From: Candidatus Aldehydirespiratoraceae bacterium
GTDB taxonomy: Bacteria; Actinomycetota; Acidimicrobiia; Acidimicrobiales; Aldehydirespiratoraceae
Length of the DNA stretch: 64,000 nt
Reading direction: 5' to 3'
Assembly: GCA_965249055.1 (NCBI GenBank)
Contig: CBDFKX010000002.1
Location: 3,021,800-3,085,799, forward strand
Each line of letters starts with the position of its first letter. Positions within the stretch are counted from its first letter, which is position 1. Shown piece after piece: positions 62,355 through 64,000 of the stretch. A program made the translations under genes and the position numbers. The notes under the pieces were generated by a model, which had not been told where the DNA came from, made no database searches, and worked only from the letters and a program-made list of their open reading frames with translations.

Positions 62355-64000
62355 GTGACCGCCGCCGACACCGACGATCCCACCAACGACAGTGAACGGT
62401 CCGGGTTTTCGGAACTGACCCAAGCAGTACTGGCAGAGCAGGCCGCCCGCGAAAGCGCCGCGGCGCAAGTCGACGCGACCAAGATTCGGTCCGATGAGGA
62501 ACTCCCGGGTGTCGGTGACAAACCGATGTTGTTTCGCGAGGGAGTTGCCGCCGGTGGCGTCGGTGTCATCGCGGTGCTGGGCACGCTCGACGCTACCGAC
62601 GCGCTCCAGATCGCCATTCCCAGCCTGCTAGGACCCGAGATCCAAACCAGCCTAGGAGTATCGGACACAGGCCTCGCCGTCGTCGGCATCGGCGGGTTGA
62701 TCAGCGCCACGCTGTGCGCAGTGCCGATGGGGCGACTAGCCGACCGGATCGACCGGATGAAGCTGGTCGGTTGGGCCACGCTCTTTTGGAGCCTGGCGAT
62801 GTTTTTTCGCGGTTTTCAAGCAACGGCGTTCGGTTTCTTCTTGATCGGCGTGCTGATGGGAATAGGTTCGTCAAATACCTTCCCGGTGCAGGGCGCGGTG
62901 CTAGCGGATGCCTATCCGATTCAGGCCCGTGGCCGAATCTACGCCGTGAAGAACGTATTGGGCCGGGCAGGAGAACGCATCGCCCCTCTGCTCGTCGGCG
63001 GACTCATGCTCATCGTGGACAACAACTGGCGATGGGCCTACTGGGTGTTCGCCTGGCCGATAGTTGCGCTCGGAATCTGGTCCCTTTTTGTTCCTGATCC
63101 ACCGCGGGGCCAATTCGAGCAGCTTTCGACGATCGGGGAGGTGATGGAGGAAGACCCCGACCGGCCCAAGGTCTCGCTCAGCGCTGTGTGGCATCGTCTG
63201 ATGGCAATCCGCACTCTGAAACTGGCCTGGATCTCATTCAGCATCATCGTCTTTTCGATGATCGGGCAAGGCTTCCTCGTCAACCTGTTCTTGGACGACC
63301 GCTGGGGGTTGTCTCCTTTCCAGCGGGCGATGATCGGCTTCGTACCCGGCATGCTCGCGTTCGCCGCCGCGCCCTGGGCCGCCGTCCGCTACGACAAGCT
63401 GTACCAACAGAGTCCGGCCAAAGCGCTCGCCTGGGTCGGGGCACTGTTCTTCCCCATGGCCGCGGTGATTCCAATCCAGTTCTACATGCCCCACCCTGTG
63501 CTCTTCGCGATCGTTGGCATCGTTCCGTCGGTACTCGCCGTTGTGGTCTTCGGGATGATTTCGCCGCTTCTGGTAGGCGTAGTGCCATATCGCCTGCGAG
63601 CCCAGTCCACCGCACTGTCGATCATGGTCATCTTTCTGGGTGGCGGTGTGCTCGGGCCGATCGTCGCCGGTCTGCTGTCGGACGCCACTTCAGAGCGCAC
63701 CGCGATCTTGCTCGTGGCGATCCCCTTCAAGATTCTCGGAGGGTCGCTGCTTATCTGGGGGGCCCGCCATATCCGCCACGATCTGTCTCTGGTCGTAGAC
63801 GAGATCGAGAAAGACAAGGCCGAACTCGATTGGCGCGCCGCTCACCCTGACGACATTCCCGCCGTGTCGCTGCGCGATATCGACTTCTCATATGGCCCAG
63901 TTCAGGTGCTGTTCGGGATCGATCTGCGTGTCGAGCCGGGCGAGACGTTGGCTCTGCTCGGGACCAACGGCGCAGGCAAATCAACGATCCTTCGGGTGAT
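62355..64000 (+). CDS. MFS transporter domain fused in frame to an ABC ATPase domain (partial, continues beyond the window)
   Basis: This ORF is not in the supplied track because it has no stop inside the window. I translated it by hand from the GTG at 62355 (or the ATG at 62526) to 64000 without meeting a stop. MFS motif A is present (PMGRLADRIDRMK) with about 10-12 TM segments. After LVVDEIEKDKAEL comes VSLRDIDFSYGPVQVLFGIDLRVEPGETLALLGTNGAGKST (Walker A). Confidence 0.75.
   Translation, partial: MTAADTDDPTNDSERSGFSELTQAVLAEQAARESAAAQVDATKIRSDEELPGVGDKPMLFREGVAAGGVGVIAVLGTLDATDALQIAIPSLLGPEIQTSLGVSDTGLAVVGIGGLISATLCAVPMGRLADRIDRMKLVGWATLFWSLAMFFRGFQATAFGFFLIGVLMGIGSSNTFPVQGAVLADAYPIQARGRIYAVKNVLGRAGERIAPLLVGGLMLIVDNNWRWAYWVFAWPIVALGIWSLFVPDPPRGQFEQLSTIGEVMEEDPDRPKVSLSAVWHRLMAIRTLKLAWISFSIIVFSMIGQGFLVNLFLDDRWGLSPFQRAMIGFVPGMLAFAAAPWAAVRYDKLYQQSPAKALAWVGALFFPMAAVIPIQFYMPHPVLFAIVGIVPSVLAVVVFGMISPLLVGVVPYRLRAQSTALSIMVIFLGGGVLGPIVAGLLSDATSERTAILLVAIPFKILGGSLLIWGARHIRHDLSLVVDEIEKDKAELDWRAAHPDDIPAVSLRDIDFSYGPVQVLFGIDLRVEPGETLALLGTNGAGKSTILRV

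Noticed and set aside
62069-63850. Track ORFs 62069-62779 (minus), 62714-63097 (plus) and 63188-63850 (plus)
   Set aside because: All lie in alternative frames of the open MFS-ABC reading frame and give Arg/Pro/Ser-rich translations. The MFS frame shows transporter motifs and TM periodicity.

Overview
High-G+C (about 60% by eye) actinobacterial chromosomal segment with no rRNA, tRNA, CRISPR array, transposase or integrase that I could recognise. About 4.6-26.2 kb and 29.1-35.2 kb form a minus-strand housekeeping backbone: rarA-aspS-hisS-relA-apt-secF-secD-yajC-tgt-queA-ruvB-ruvA-ruvC-yebC-pdxT-pdxS, then pimA-acyltransferase-pgsA, then HIT-thrS, a plsC-like gene, mshC, an F420 reductase and fabI/inhA. 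From memory this is collinear with M. tuberculosis Rv2559c-Rv2614c, and the E. coli-type queA-tgt-yajC-secDF block is retained. The PIM genes, mshC and the F420 reductase place it in Actinobacteria. The rest holds two CNNM/CBS genes, a heterodimeric ABC exporter, TauE, a lone ABC ATPase, thiamine pyrophosphokinase, APH-like kinases, a DyP peroxidase, a DsbA-like protein, a NoeA-like methyltransferase, an Abi_2/HEPN gene, a sulfatase-like membrane protein, GH3 and GH10 glycosidases, and a solute-binding lipoprotein. The most unusual content is a three-member family of secreted SLH-anchored proteins with 37-aa RCC1-like blades. One has 14 blades plus an HExxH domain (1655-4636), one has 7 blades (27725-29188), and one is a decayed remnant (26294-27070). 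The last two are wedged on the opposite strand into the conserved HIT/pgsA cluster, and both intact genes contain near-identical 111-bp tandem DNA repeats. Other points of interest are an AT-rich tract plus a DUF222/HNH gene at the left edge, a catalytically dead M48/HtpX homologue, an SCP2-GH10 fusion coupled to a GH3-PA14 gene, Thr-rich inserts inside a sulfatase fold, and a small YLDPASGS membrane peptide coupled to a methyltransferase. An MFS-ABC ATPase fusion ORF runs off the right edge and is therefore missing from the ORF track. All calls rest on reading motifs by eye, and no database search was run.
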